A stretch of 48,923 bases of DNA from Tubiluchus corallicola. Taxonomy: Eukaryota; Animalia; Priapulida. The translations under genes and the position numbers were made by a program. Numbering within the stretch: the stretch's first letter is position 1; each line of letters begins with the position of its first letter. The notes below the pieces were generated by a model that was given only the letters and a program-made list of their open reading frames with translations, was not told the DNA's origin and ran no database searches. Below are positions 35,921 through 48,923 of the stretch, in pieces. The stretch is from NCBI GenBank assembly GCA_030141605.1, contig JAQGDQ010001297.1:1-48923 (forward strand). Direction: 5' to 3'.

Positions 35921-38831
35921 TCAGATATTGAAGAACCTATTATGTAAATTGAAGAACCTACGTATCTAGAAGACTGTATAACGCACTTTACGGACAAACA
36001 CTAGATTATTATATAAATTGAAGAACCTACGTATCTAGAAGACTCTATATCATGTAAATTGAAGAACCTACGTATCTACAAGACTCTATATTATATAAAT
36101 TGAAGAACCTACGTATCTAGAAGACTCTATAACGCACTTTACGGACAAACACTAGATTATTATATAAATTGAAGAACCTACGTAAATTTAAGAACCTACG
36201 TATCTAGAAGACTGTATAACGCACTTTACGGACAAACACTAGATTATTATATAAATTGAAGAACCTACGTATCTAGAAGAACCTACGTATCTAGAAGACT
36301 CTGTAACGCACTTTACGGACAAACACTAGATTATTATGTAAATTTAAGAACCTACGTATCTAGAAGAACTTTAGATTATTATGTAAATTTAAGAACCTAC
36401 GTATCTAGAAGACTCTATAACGCACTTTACGGACAAACACTAGATTATTATGTAAATTTAAGAACCTACGTAAATTTAAGAACCTACGTATCTAGAAGAC
36501 TCTATATTATGTAAATTTAAGAACCTACGTATCTAGAAGAACTTTAGATTATCATGTCAATTTAAGAACCTACGTATCTAGAAGACTCTATATTATGTAA
36601 ATTGAAGACACTACGTATCTAGAAGACTCTATATTATGTAAATTGAAGAACCTACGTATCTAGAAGACTCTATATCATGTAAATTTAAGAACCTATGTAT
36701 CTACAAGACTCTATATTATGTAAATTGAAGAACCTACGTATCTAGAAGACTCTATATCATGTAAATTTAAGAACCTACATATCTAGAAGACTCTATATTA
36801 TGTAAATTTAAGAACCTACGTATCTAGAAGAACTTTAGATTATCATGTCAATTTAAGAACCTACGTATCTAGAAGACTCTATATTATGTAAATTGAAGAC
36901 ACTACGTATCTAGAAGACTCTATATTATGTAAATTTAAGAACCTACGTATCTAGAAGACTCTATATGAAGAACCTACGTATCTAGAAGACTCTATATCAT
37001 GTAAATTTAAGAACCTATGTATCTACAAGACTCTATATTATGTAAATTGAAGAACCTATGTATCTAGAAGACTCTATAACACATCAGATTATTATGTAAA
37101 TTGAAGAACCTACATATCTAGAAGACTCTATATCATGTAAATTTAAGAACCTACGTATCTAGAAGACTGTATAACGCACTTTACGGACAAACACTAGATT
37201 ATTATATAAATTGAAGAACCTACGTATCTAGAAGACTCTACGTATCTAGAAGACTCTATATCATGTAAATTTAAGAACCTACATATCTAGAAGACTCTAT
37301 ATTATGTAAATTTAAGAACCTACGTATCTAGAAGAACTTTAGATTATCATGTCAATTTAAGAACCTACGTATCTAGAAGACTCTATATCATGTAAATTTA
37401 AGAACCTACGTATCTAGAAGACTCTGTAACGCACTTTACGGACAAACACTAGATTATTATGTAAATTTAAGAACCTACGTATCTAGAAGAACACTAGATT
37501 ATTATGTAAATTTAAGAACCTACGTATCTAGAAGACTCTATATTATGTAAATTGAAGACACTACGTATCTAGAAGACTCTATATTATGTAAATTGAAGAA
37601 CCTACGTATCTAGAAGACTCTATATCATGTAAATTTAAGAACCTATGTATCTACAAGACTCTATATTATGTAAATTGAAGAACCTATGTATCTAGAAGAC
37701 TCTATAACACATCAGATTATTATTAAAATTCAAGAACCTACATATCTAGAAGACTCTATATCATGTAAATTTAAGAACCTACGTATCTAGAAGACTGTAT
37801 TATGTAAATTGAAGAACCTACGTATCTAGAAGACTCTATATCATGTAAATTTAAGAACCTACGTATCTAGAAGACTCTATATCATGTAAATTTAAGAACC
37901 TACATATCTAGAAGACTCTATATTATGTAAATTTAAGAACCTACGTATCTAGAAGACTGTATAACGCACTTTACGGACAAACACTAGATTATCTATGTAA
38001 ATTTAAGAACCTATGTAAATTTAAGAACCTACGTATCTAGAAGACTCTATATTATGTAAATTTAAGAACCTACGTATCTAGAAGAACTTAGATTATCATG
38101 TAAATTTAAGAACCTACGATCTAGAAGACTCTATATTATGTAAATTGAAGAACCACGTATCTAGAAGACTCTATATATGTAATTGAAGAACCTACGTATC
38201 TAGAAGTCTATATCATGTAAATTTAAGAACCTATGTATCTACAAGACTCTATATTATATTGAAGAACCTATGTATCTAGAAGACTCTATAACACATCAGA
38301 TTATTATGTAAATTGAAGAACCTACGTATCTAGAAGACTCTATATCATGTAAATTTAAGAACCTACGTATCTAGAAGACTCTATAACGCACTTTACGGAC
38401 AAACACTAGATTATTATATAAATTGAAGAACCTATGTAAATTTAAGAACCTACGTATCTAGAAGACTCTGTAACGCACTTTACGGACAAACACTAGATTA
38501 TTATATAAATTGAAGAACCTACGTATCTAGAAGACTCTACGTATCTAGAAGACTCTGTAACGCACTTTACGGACAAACACTAGATTATTATATAAATTGA
38601 AGAACCTATGTAAATTTAAGAACCTACGTATCTAGAAGACTCTATAACGCACTTTACGGACAAACACTAGATTATTATATAAATTGAAGAACCTATGTAT
38701 CTAGAAGAACCTACGTATCTAGAAGACTCTATAACGCACTTTACGGACAAACACTAGATTATTATATAAATTGAATATTATATAAATTGAAGAACCTACG
38801 TATCTAGAAGACTCTTTACGGACAAACACTA
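35921..38831. repeat. Mirror 41/69-bp minisatellite (longer, more 69-bp units)
   Basis: aagaacctacgtatctagaagactct repeats with many cgcactttacggacaaacac inserts. Confidence 0.96.
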
Positions 38832-39067
38832 GTCACGAGTCGCACTACAATCAATTCTGACAAAGAAGACAAGGAAAAACAGCAACATTGAGTGATAAAA
38901 TGCCCAAAGGCTTCTACAAAAATTGCATCTTCACAAACAACAGTGCAAATAAAGTTGAGCAGTAATCATGATAATGCATCAGTATCCAAGCAAATAACAC
39001 CTTTTAATGATTAACACTGATGTATAAGAAGAAGAAAATTTGCCAGTCTGTCGATTACGCACGCCCA

Positions 39068-39618
39068 CGTACCTCCAAATGTGGTGTACCATAAAAACTA
39101 GCATGGTCAACATGGCTTCCAAAATAGCACTTTTTAGAAAAGTGTACCAGTGTACCTTCAAATGTGGTGTACCATAAAAACTAGGGTGACCAACATGGCT
39201 TCCAAAATAGCACTTTTTAGAAGAGTGTACCAGCGTACCTTCAAATGTGGTGTACCAAAAAAAAACTAGCGTGGCCCAGCACGTCCAGCATGGCTGCCAA
39301 ACAGCACTTTTTAGAAGAGTGTACCAGCGTACCTCCAAATGTGGTGTACCATAAAAACTAGCGTGGCTCAGCACGCCCAGCATGGCTGCCAAAACAGCAC
39401 TTTTTAGAAGAGTGTACCAGCGTACCTCCAAATGTGGTGTACCATAAAAACTAGCATGGTCAACATGGCTTCCAAAATATCACTTTTTAGAAAAGTGTAC
39501 CAGCGTACCTCCAAATGTGATGTACCATGAAAACTAGCATGGTCAACATGGCTTCCAAAATAGTACTTTTTAGAAAAGTGTACCAGTGTACCTCCAAATG
39601 TGGTGTACCATAAAAACC
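39068..39618. repeat. Mirror 83-bp tandem array
   Basis: Reverse complement of 9308-9858. Confidence 0.95.
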
Positions 39619-40330
39619 AGGGAAGGTTTTAATCAAATGTTAATTTAGTTCAATTTAAAAGACCCGAATAACGACATCAAATGACCAATATGACAGTTAA
39701 TGCAGGTACAACATGCACAGAGTGGGTGGAGCTGACTGAGCTCGTTAACGTACAAGAAAAAATTTTGAAAAAATACAAAATTCAGTACTGATCTTATTAC
39801 ACTTATTACAAGTTCTTAGTATTAACACTTGGTCAAGTGGCGTTTATGTAGCATCCGGAATGCGTATGCATTATGGGGGTGCGGAATAGATAAAAGCGAT
39901 TTATATTGTTTTCAATGCACCTGTTCATCTGACCTGCGTTATGCGTTATTTTTTCCTGTAGCTATTTCATATTGACATTTATTCTGCTGCTATTCCACTG
40001 GCGGATAACGCACAACGTATTCCTCATGCTAAAATGCCATTTGAGTGTATGTTTGTATGAATCCCTTGCTCATGTTCTTAATCCTTGATCAAAATAAGCT
40101 GATAATAATCAACATCATCAAAAACAGCAACTCTTGGCAAGGGTTTTGGGATGTCAATTTTTTTCAAAGTTTCGGCAGATAAATTAAATATCAAAGAAAA
40201 TCCACAATGTAATCAAGCTTACATAAAACTAGACATTCAGTGAAGTAAAAAATACTAGACTTAATAAGAGAGAGACAACACAGTTTTGCAATCTGTCTAG
40301 TGAGTTAAGAAAGGATGTGGCACTGGCTGA

Positions 40331-41016
40331 AATACTCCATGTAAGCTCTGGTAGTCGATTTGTAAGTCAGGGGAGGAAGACTAGCATGAGGAGCTAGGCA
40401 TTTTCACGTACACTAAGGACATCTCACTAATACTCCATGTAAGCTCTGGTAGTCGAGCTATGTAAGTCAGAGGAGGAAGACTAGCATGAAGAGCTAGGCA
40501 TTTTCACATACATTAAAGACATCTCACTAATACTTCATGTAAGCTCTGGTAGTCGATTTAAGTCAGAGGAGGAAGACTAGCATGAAGAGCTAGGCATTTT
40601 CACGTACATTAAAAACATCTCACTAATACTCCATGTAAGCTCTGGTAGTCTATTTGTAAATCAGAGGAGGAAGACTAGCATAAGGAGCTAGGCATTTTCA
40701 CGTACATTAAAAACATCTCACTAATACTCCATGTAAGCTCTGGTAGTCGATTTGTAAATCAGAGGAGGAAGACTAGCATGAGGAACTAGGCATTTTCACA
40801 TACATTAAAGACATCTCACTAATACTCCATGTAAGCTCTGGTAGTCAATTTGTAAGTCAGAGGACGAAGACTAGCATAAGGTACTAGGCATTTTCACGTA
40901 CATTAAAGACATCTCACTAATACTCCATGTAAGCTCTGGTAGTCAATTTGTAAGTCAGAGGAAGAAGACTAGCATAAGGAACTAGGCATTTTCACGTACA
41001 TTAAAGACATCTCACT
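40331..41016. repeat. Mirror 98-bp tandem array
   Basis: Seven units, with unit-level variants differing from the left arm. Confidence 0.95.
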
Positions 41017-44000
41017 ACTTTCAATACTTTCTTAACATGAATTAGTTATTACACACCTGCATGAGTCCATTAGCAAATATTTTTGTAAACAACAAAAATG
41101 ACGCAACAGTTTAGAAAAAACACTATCACCTGTCAATAATTAAAAAGCTGATGTGACAGTCTGTCGTGTTTGATTTGTTTGTACAACTCCACACTTACAT
41201 TTTGCACTACAAATATATTATACCATCTCCAAACAGCATTAATTATGACATGAAAACAACAGCAAGTTCGAGCAGACACAAGACACAAATCTCCAGACAG
41301 TCGCACATTTAGCTCCAATGAACAAAGACGTAACATGTTCGCCAGCCTGACAGTTTTGTGTGAAAGTGCAAGTTTTAGGTGTTTTGCTTGCCATAAGCAT
41401 TCATGTTGCACAGTATGGTGTGTGTGCCCTGCAGCAATGTTTTGAACAGCACCGACCTTGAGCTGGCTCTATTATGCTGCCGACATGCGACATGTTTCTA
41501 TCCGCTGTTGAGCATATAGGACCTATATACATATACCCCACACACACACACACATATATCACATTATGGGTAGCAGTGCAATGAACGTATGCTTGTGCAT
41601 GCAGCATCACGAGAACAGACAAAAAAAACTAATGCAAAGCCTACAATTCATACAAGCATACAGATACAGATACCATCACATCTTTCTCTTTCTTTCTATT
41701 CTTTATTAACCTTTCTTTCTACTCCTTTACTGCTCTTGATACCATCACATATTTCTCCTCTTTCTATTCTCTATTAACCTTTCCTTCTACTCATTTACTG
41801 CTCTTTTCTATTACACTCAGTCCACATTCATTTGGAGTGCTCTAAACAAGTAATCACTTACTGAGTACCCCACGGGTCATTTGCGGCTTGGCATCTTGTG
41901 TACATAATAATAAATATGTTATTAAATACTTTGATGTACAATGCTGTAATGATCGTTGTGGATATATTTAATAAATAAATAAAGATAAAAAAAATAAATT
42001 AAATTGTAATTCATGTGATAACACAAAAATGGTACGGTACTTGTTCACTGGCTTATGTATTACATTGAGAGCGGGGCAAGGGGCAAAAGAGGTAAAAACA
42101 TTCGTACAATTTGAAAATTTATGTTATTCAGTTGCATAAACCAATCTATGTTTTCTAAGCTGCACAAGTTTAGTTTATCATATAATAAATAAATAAATAA
42201 ATAAACAAACTCTAGATAAATAAAACAAACAAATGTGTGAAATGAGGCTGCCACTACTGTAACATTTTTCTAATATCACAGCTGGTTGTACAAAAGGGTT
42301 GCCTCACGTAAAGAAAAATGATACAAATGCAAGGTCGGGGCTTATAAACCAGTATACAGTGTTTCCTCGCTACTTCGCGATTCGTTTATCGCGGACTCAT
42401 TGTTTCGCGGGTTTTCAAAAATATTAATGTAAAATATTTATCGCGGTACTCCGCCTAAAGTATTTTTGCACATGCGTAGTACATATTGTACAGTAATGTA
42501 TAGATTTGATGAATTTTGCAGAAAATATTATAAATTATAAAAAATTACCATTTACAGTAAATAGTGTATTTATTCGGCGGATGAATACACACCAAAAACG
42601 AAATGTAGTACTTGCGCCCGCTTGAGATTGTACACAACACACGATTGGTTGATTGATGGAATGTAAAATAATGTATAACTACTAAAATAAGTACAGCGTC
42701 CCTACTTCGTGGAAATTCACTTATCGCAGGTGGGCCTGGAACGGAACACCCGCAATAAGTGAGGGAACACTGTATACATCATAATAATAAAGTTCAGTAA
42801 ACTACATACAACTCAAGTTGGTACAACTCGAATTCTTGTGTATCTCGAACAGACCTCAGGGAACAGATTTCCCCGTTCATTTTTCCCTTTAACAAACATC
42901 CTGTAACTCGAAATCTGTAATGCGAACCAAATTCCCGGCACAATCAGGGATGAGAATGACAAATTGCAAAAAACTCTTAAACAGGTCGGGGGGTTTAGGG
43001 CCGCTTAGGCTCCCAATGGGGCTGAGGGGCAAAAACCCCTTGAAGCCAGTAACAAATTGCAATTTTGTGACCATAGAGAGCCTCTAAGTGGACTAAAAAT
43101 ATCAATTACCTTGTTTCATTCATAATTTAAAATACCCAACTATCAAGGATACATGATACCTAATTGTGTCAAAAACGCGTAAGTACTGGCCGCTCCTATG
43201 CAAAAGTATATAAAAACTGTCTGCAATTGACTGAAATAACTCTGGACAATTGATTCTATATTTTTATACATAGAGATATACATGTGGTTACACTGATGTA
43301 CGTGATGTAAACAAAGTGACGGCCTGCCAACTAGCGGTCAGTTTGTGAAATAATGTACTGGGTCCGTAAAAATTTCCTCAACGAATTTACGCGATTTACA
43401 AAAATGGCACTACTGGTCTTCCAAAAATTCGGAATTCCACGTATCTGGGAAAAATTCTCATCCCTGCACAATTTTTAAGAATCTGACTGAAATTACCTCG
43501 CTTATCTCGAACAACCTCCGAACAAGCGAGAAGTTCTACACGAAACTTTAACTGCTAGTTTCAACAAAAATTCTAAGATTTCCCATATTACCTTAACAGA
43601 ATGCCGCACGCAACATGTCTTAACGAAGAACGTGATTTCATGTAGATCACAATGTTAAAATTGCTGAATTCTATTATCCATGATACTCATACTGCAACAG
43701 AGGTGGACCACGCATTATAGTTTTGATAATTCATAAAAATGTGATGTTTGATATTTGAATAAAGGCTTAGTTCATCATTGGCACACGTTGAAATCCGTTA
43801 CTAGCGTATTATCCGACGTTGATAAACGACTCAATCTCGTTTTCTTACGAACATTGTCCAACTCGCACCCCGCGCGTAACTCGAACAAATTTTCTAGTCC
43901 CGAGGTGTTCGAGTCATACGTAGTTTACTGTACAGTAATACTACACAGATACAAAACAAAAAAAAGAAGATGGATGATTATCCCAATTCTACACAGTTTA

Positions 44001-47000
44001 TACTGACCTGATATTTTGCTTATTAGTATAAATGCCAGCAACAATCTGCTCATCATGAACAGTCTTTATATGATCATCTACCCCATTCTTAGACAAATCA
44101 AATCGTTCACAACTGGTTCACAGTTGGAAACCTTGTTTATGTCACAGCTTCCTCGAGTTGACAAAACTTTAGTATTTCTTTAGTATTTCTGAAAAATAAA
44201 TAACTATTACAGGCAAATAACATTGAAGATTCAGAATTTACGTAAACAAAACAATGATTGTCAGATATTTCACGAGCATCTGTAGTAGTTTTTCCAAGTT
44301 TTGTTACTCATCCCACCTGTTCACCAGGTATACGATGTATCATCACTAAACTTTTTAAATGTCTCTTAGTATATTCTAGAAAGCTAAAAAAAAGAGGAAA
44401 TAATTTATGCTATAATTTTACTATTCTTTTTCTTCATTTCACAAGTGTCATGCATTCTTATCTCCAGGGGTGTATTAACCAATAAGCTAACTAACCTACA
44501 GCCTAGGGCACCAAAGTTTTGAGGGAAGTTACATGCGCATGCTTTCATATTCATGTAAAAGGCACATTTTATACCACACCACAGGCAGTTACTGAGCATG
44601 GCTTCTATATAAACGCCACATAATAAAAAGGTGCAAAGTATTTTACAATACACAACTAGCAGTTGCCGAGCTTCAAAAAAATGTAAGTACTAAGCACACA
44701 CATGTAATTATAATGACCATGTAGAAACCGGGTTAAAGGAAGACCGGACGATTGTTTAGACTCATCTCATTTTAATTTACTGTCCAAAATATACATTTTC
44801 TTGCCTACAAAAGTTAGCAATTGTTTCTTATATTTGAATAATTAGCTCAGCAAGTTAATTAACGGCAACCGAACACAGGTACAGCTTACGTCAGAAACTA
44901 ACCACAGTTCATACAATGGCAGGTGTCATCCCTTGCGCATCAAGCACATTTGCATAAGTGTTACAGTACTGTTTAAACGCATGATGTCACGAAAAATGGG
45001 CTTTACATCATATGACGTCAGAAACTAACACTATGCTTCATGATCATGCTTATCGTGGTACCGCCTTCTATTTGTCGGCCACGCGAAAGTGACAAAAAGG
45101 CGCCACTGCAAATCTTAGTAGATTCACTGAGCCGCGCTTAACTTTGAACGTTTAACAAAATTTGAGTATCCAAGATAATCATTATTTAATCTAAGCTTTG
45201 ATTTAAAGAAAGCTTCTGTAGTTTTCAATATTTTACAGCATTCTTCATTCTGAACTCATGTTTACCCAATCATCCAGTTTTCCTTTAATAGCATTTCTAA
45301 AACACCACAAGTAACTGTTTAATCTGCTCATTACATAAAAACCATAAATTCACAATACAGATAGGTGGAACAGAACTATCAGCCTAGGGCGTCGTAAAGT
45401 CTTGTTACGCCCCTGCCTATCTTGCAGAACAGCAGACTAATATCTTGGACCTCCCTGCAGTCTCGAGAGTCCAATGAATTTTTGCCTAGAACTTCATAAG
45501 ATTAACCCCCGTTAACCCAATCATCACCCATCTTCCGAGTAACGAGGGTAGGACAAACGAGAAGATTTCTCCTTGTAGCCATACTGATGGCTTCCAAATG
45601 CATGATGCAGCTTTTTATCACCAAAAACACAAGAACTGATAATATTTTCTTAAACTGCTCCGGAAAGGCTGAGATGAAGAATAAGCGACACAGCTGGACC
45701 TGCCGTTCCTAGAGGAGGCAGTCAAATATATTTGTCAATGTCTGGTTGTGTGGGGTATTGAAACCCGGGAAATGGCAGGCTACTCTAATACCTCACACTG
45801 AGCTTTGGGATTCAAAAATCACCTTTGGCCAGTTTGAGTCGTATTTGGTAAATTGAAACCTTGGATAAGCCGCTTCACAGGGAAAGTAAAAAAATTCTGT
45901 CAATTCTGGATTATCAGTAAGTGACAGATCACTCTACTTCTTCCTACTGAGCTGACAAATTCTCCTACTATGCCCACCATTCTGAATCCTCCATCCCCCC
46001 TCCTTTGCATGAGGGTAAAATCATTTTGGTCTACGTTGAATTGTCAGTAGATAACAGGTCACACTAATTCCTCGCATTGAACTGACTCGCATCCACCTGT
46101 CCATCATTAATGAACAGCTAATATTGACGTTTCTACTATTTACTCCAGTTCTGGATACGTCCCTGGGATGACCTTTGACATTTGACGTTGATCTTTATCT
46201 TGTCGCAAAGTTTCTGTTATCGAAAATCTCAGGCCTACCCGAAGTGATTCAGGTATAACTAGTTTAAACTGGAAAACACAAATTGCGGATGGACGACGAT
46301 GGATAGGTGGCAACATAATGCAAGTTCCAAATTCCACAGCCTCATGAAAATCAAGATACTGATAATTATTATTATTATTATAATTACTTTATTTCACTTG
46401 CGTCAAAAACGTCTGTTTTTCTGAAATATTTTGAATTTTGAACAAATTTCAGAATCACATCAAAACAAACATTACATGTGTCAGTGTAAGTGTGCTTAAC
46501 TGATTCATACTGCAACACTAAAGTTCAGCAAAATATTCTCATCAAGTTTTCATTTTGCTTCAAAAGCAAACATGAAATTTCAGAGAAAACGTTTTTAAAT
46601 TTTCACTAAGACACTGCTGTAACAATACCATAGATATGGTTTGTGTAGATCAAAGATCTTGGTGATTGCTTAGGAGTGTTCTGCATTCTAGACTCTTGCT
46701 GTTCTGATCTTCTTTGTTTAAGTTCCTAATTAGTTTAATAAATACTACTTTATTATGCACGCATTTGTCTGGTTACCGATATAATTGTAGCGTGTAACAA
46801 CTGCCACATTAAAGGTTTTGCCAGACATGATCCTTTTTTAAACTTCAACTCATATAAATAGTCATTCGCAACATTTGTTCCAATGCTGAGTAACTATGTA
46901 ATCTAACGAATGTTACAATAGGAGACTTTTCATCATCGGCCCAAACCTATGGTCCATCCAAAGCACAATACAAAAAAAAGACGATCGATACATTAATAGT

Positions 47001-47276
47001 AAGTAACTATTAATATAACTAAAAAAATTACAATTAAATCGATATATAATGGGCGTGTCTCTAAATGGGAAATGAGGAATAGAAGGGGAATGTGTTTAAT
47101 GAACATAATCGGTGAATTACAGGAAAACATATTAATTAAGAGAAATCAAAAAATGGAAAATAATATCAGCAATTTACAGTGCGGGGGAAGAAAAAATAGA
47201 AGTCCGTCTGATCACTTATTCGTAGTTACAGCAGTATTAGATTGCAACAGATAAATAAATAATGATAATATATTTA

Positions 47277-47731
47277 CCGTATTTTCCCGTGTATAAGAGA
47301 CCCTTTTTTGCTCAGAATTTTCACTTTAAAAATAGGGGGTCTCTTATACATGGGAGTAAGTCTTTTCAATAAGATGCATAAATTGTGACACTAATGATTT
47401 TAAAGAAATAAGTGCTCTACAACTGTTTTGCGTGTGGCGTTCGACTATGAAGCGGTTGTAAGCAATACAAGCATCGTGACACAGGCATTATCTCCTCGTT
47501 TTCTCTTTTCCTGTTACAGGTTTGCAGGTACGCACTTTAATATATACCAGTACTCTTTTTCTACAACACATTAACTGGTTTTATTTTGTTTTCAGTACCG
47601 CACTGAGTTGAAAAAAGTTGTACTTTACCCTCTAAAAATGTCCGTCTGAAAAAACTTTTTTCCAGAATTTTTGCCTAAAAATTGATGGGGTCTCTTATAC
47701 ACAAGGGTCTCTTATACACGGGAAAATACGG
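47277..47731. mobile_element. Mirror copy of pogo/Tc2-like MITE
   Basis: Reverse complement of 1193-1647. Confidence 0.92.
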
Positions 47732-48923
47732 TAGTTTTCTGAGATTTAGGAAAATGCTTTGACAAGTTGTGGTTATGAGATTGTATAGTAGAAGTGTGGA
47801 AACTAGGAGTGGACGACAACGACTGTTTGAATGTCTACTATTGAAAGAAAGAAGTGGCAGCAGTTGTTAATACCCCAGTAGCTGATACAGCAGAAATACT
47901 TGTAGGAGTCAGTAAGTTAGTAAGTAAGTGAGTCAGTCAGTTAGTAAGCCAAGGAACTTAGTTCAGACCCATATTATGTAGCAAAATTCTTATGTAACCC
48001 GTATTCCTTGCAAATTATTATAACTATACGTATGCAAAATTTCTCTCCATAAACACAAACTATTTTATAATTACTAATTACACTTCTGCAAAAATGAAAA
48101 TATAATCACCTCTCAAAAAACTAAAGCTATGATGTGTGAACCTGCTCCCATGACCCTCTTTCTCCAAACTGTTTTTTAGCGGTATCCTGTTCTTACTGAC
48201 ATACCTTAACTTTTCCTTTTTCACATTTATTAAATAATTCTTTTCTCTCTAGTACAAACTACAATAAGCTTTTTTAAATCAAAGCTTAGATTAAATAATA
48301 ATTACCTCGGATACTCAAATTTTGTTAAACTTTCAAAGCTACGCGCAGCTCAGTGAATCCACTAAGATTGGCAACGGCGCCTTTTTGTCACATTCGTGTG
48401 GCCGACAAATAGAAGGTTGTACTGTGATAACCATGATCATGAACTGCAGTGTTAGTTTCCGACATCATATGACATAGAGCCCATTTCGTGACATCGCTCA
48501 TTTAAGCAGTAACACTTACTCAAACCTACCTGACGCGCATGGGAAGATGCCTGCATTGCACAAACTGTGGTTAGTTTCTGACGTAAGCAATAGCTGTGTT
48601 CAGTTGCCGTTAATAACTTTCTAAGCTAATTATTCAAATATAAGAAACAAATACCAAGTTTTACTGGCAAGAAAATGTATATTTTGGACAGTAAATTAAA
48701 ACGAGGTTGAGTCTAAACAATCGTCCGGTCTTCCTTTAACCCCGGTTTCTACGTAGTCGTTATTAATTACATGTATTTGCATAATGCTTACAATCAAGCA
48801 AACTGCGCAACTGCTTGTTGTGTATTACCCTGCACCTGTTCGTTATGTGGAAGTTATATAAAGCCATGCTCAGTAACTGCCTGTGGTGTGTTAGAAAATG
48901 CGCCCTTTACATGAATGTGAAAG

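Larger units (their letters stand above)
25389..48923. repeat. Right arm of window-spanning inverted repeat
   Basis: Begins gtaggagaaataaaaatactg, the reverse complement of 23341-23361. It is 174 bp longer than the left arm, mostly in the 41/69-bp satellite. Confidence 0.99.

Noticed and set aside
1-48923. Linear virus, plasmid or giant transposon with long terminal inverted repeats
   Set aside because: No polymerase, capsid, integrase or transposase ORF. The arms are ordinary host introns and exons.

Overview
AT-rich, intron- and transposon-rich animal (probably invertebrate) genomic DNA. The whole window is one giant inverted repeat: left arm 1-23361, unique 2027-bp spacer 23362-25388, right arm 25389-48923. 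The first and last bases of the window are exact reverse complements. Each arm carries four exons of a TGF-beta-family type II receptor (activin receptor type II/punt-like), covering the Cys-rich ectodomain, transmembrane helix and kinase up to just past DFG. A fifth exon ([10 protein letters not shown]...) lies only in the spacer and is cut by the fold-back junction, so neither copy is complete in this window. Coding differences between the arms are mostly synonymous (10 of the 12 I found), which looks like two alleles of one functional gene. A hairpin assembly or chimera artefact is therefore the leading explanation, but a real fold-back duplication cannot be excluded without reads. The rest is intronic: pogo/Tigger-like and hAT-like MITEs (one nested, with a 6-bp TSD), LINE fragments, an internally deleted RTE element, three tandem arrays (98, 83 and 41/69 bp) and microsatellites. 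No prokaryotic genes, CRISPR arrays or RNA genes are supported.
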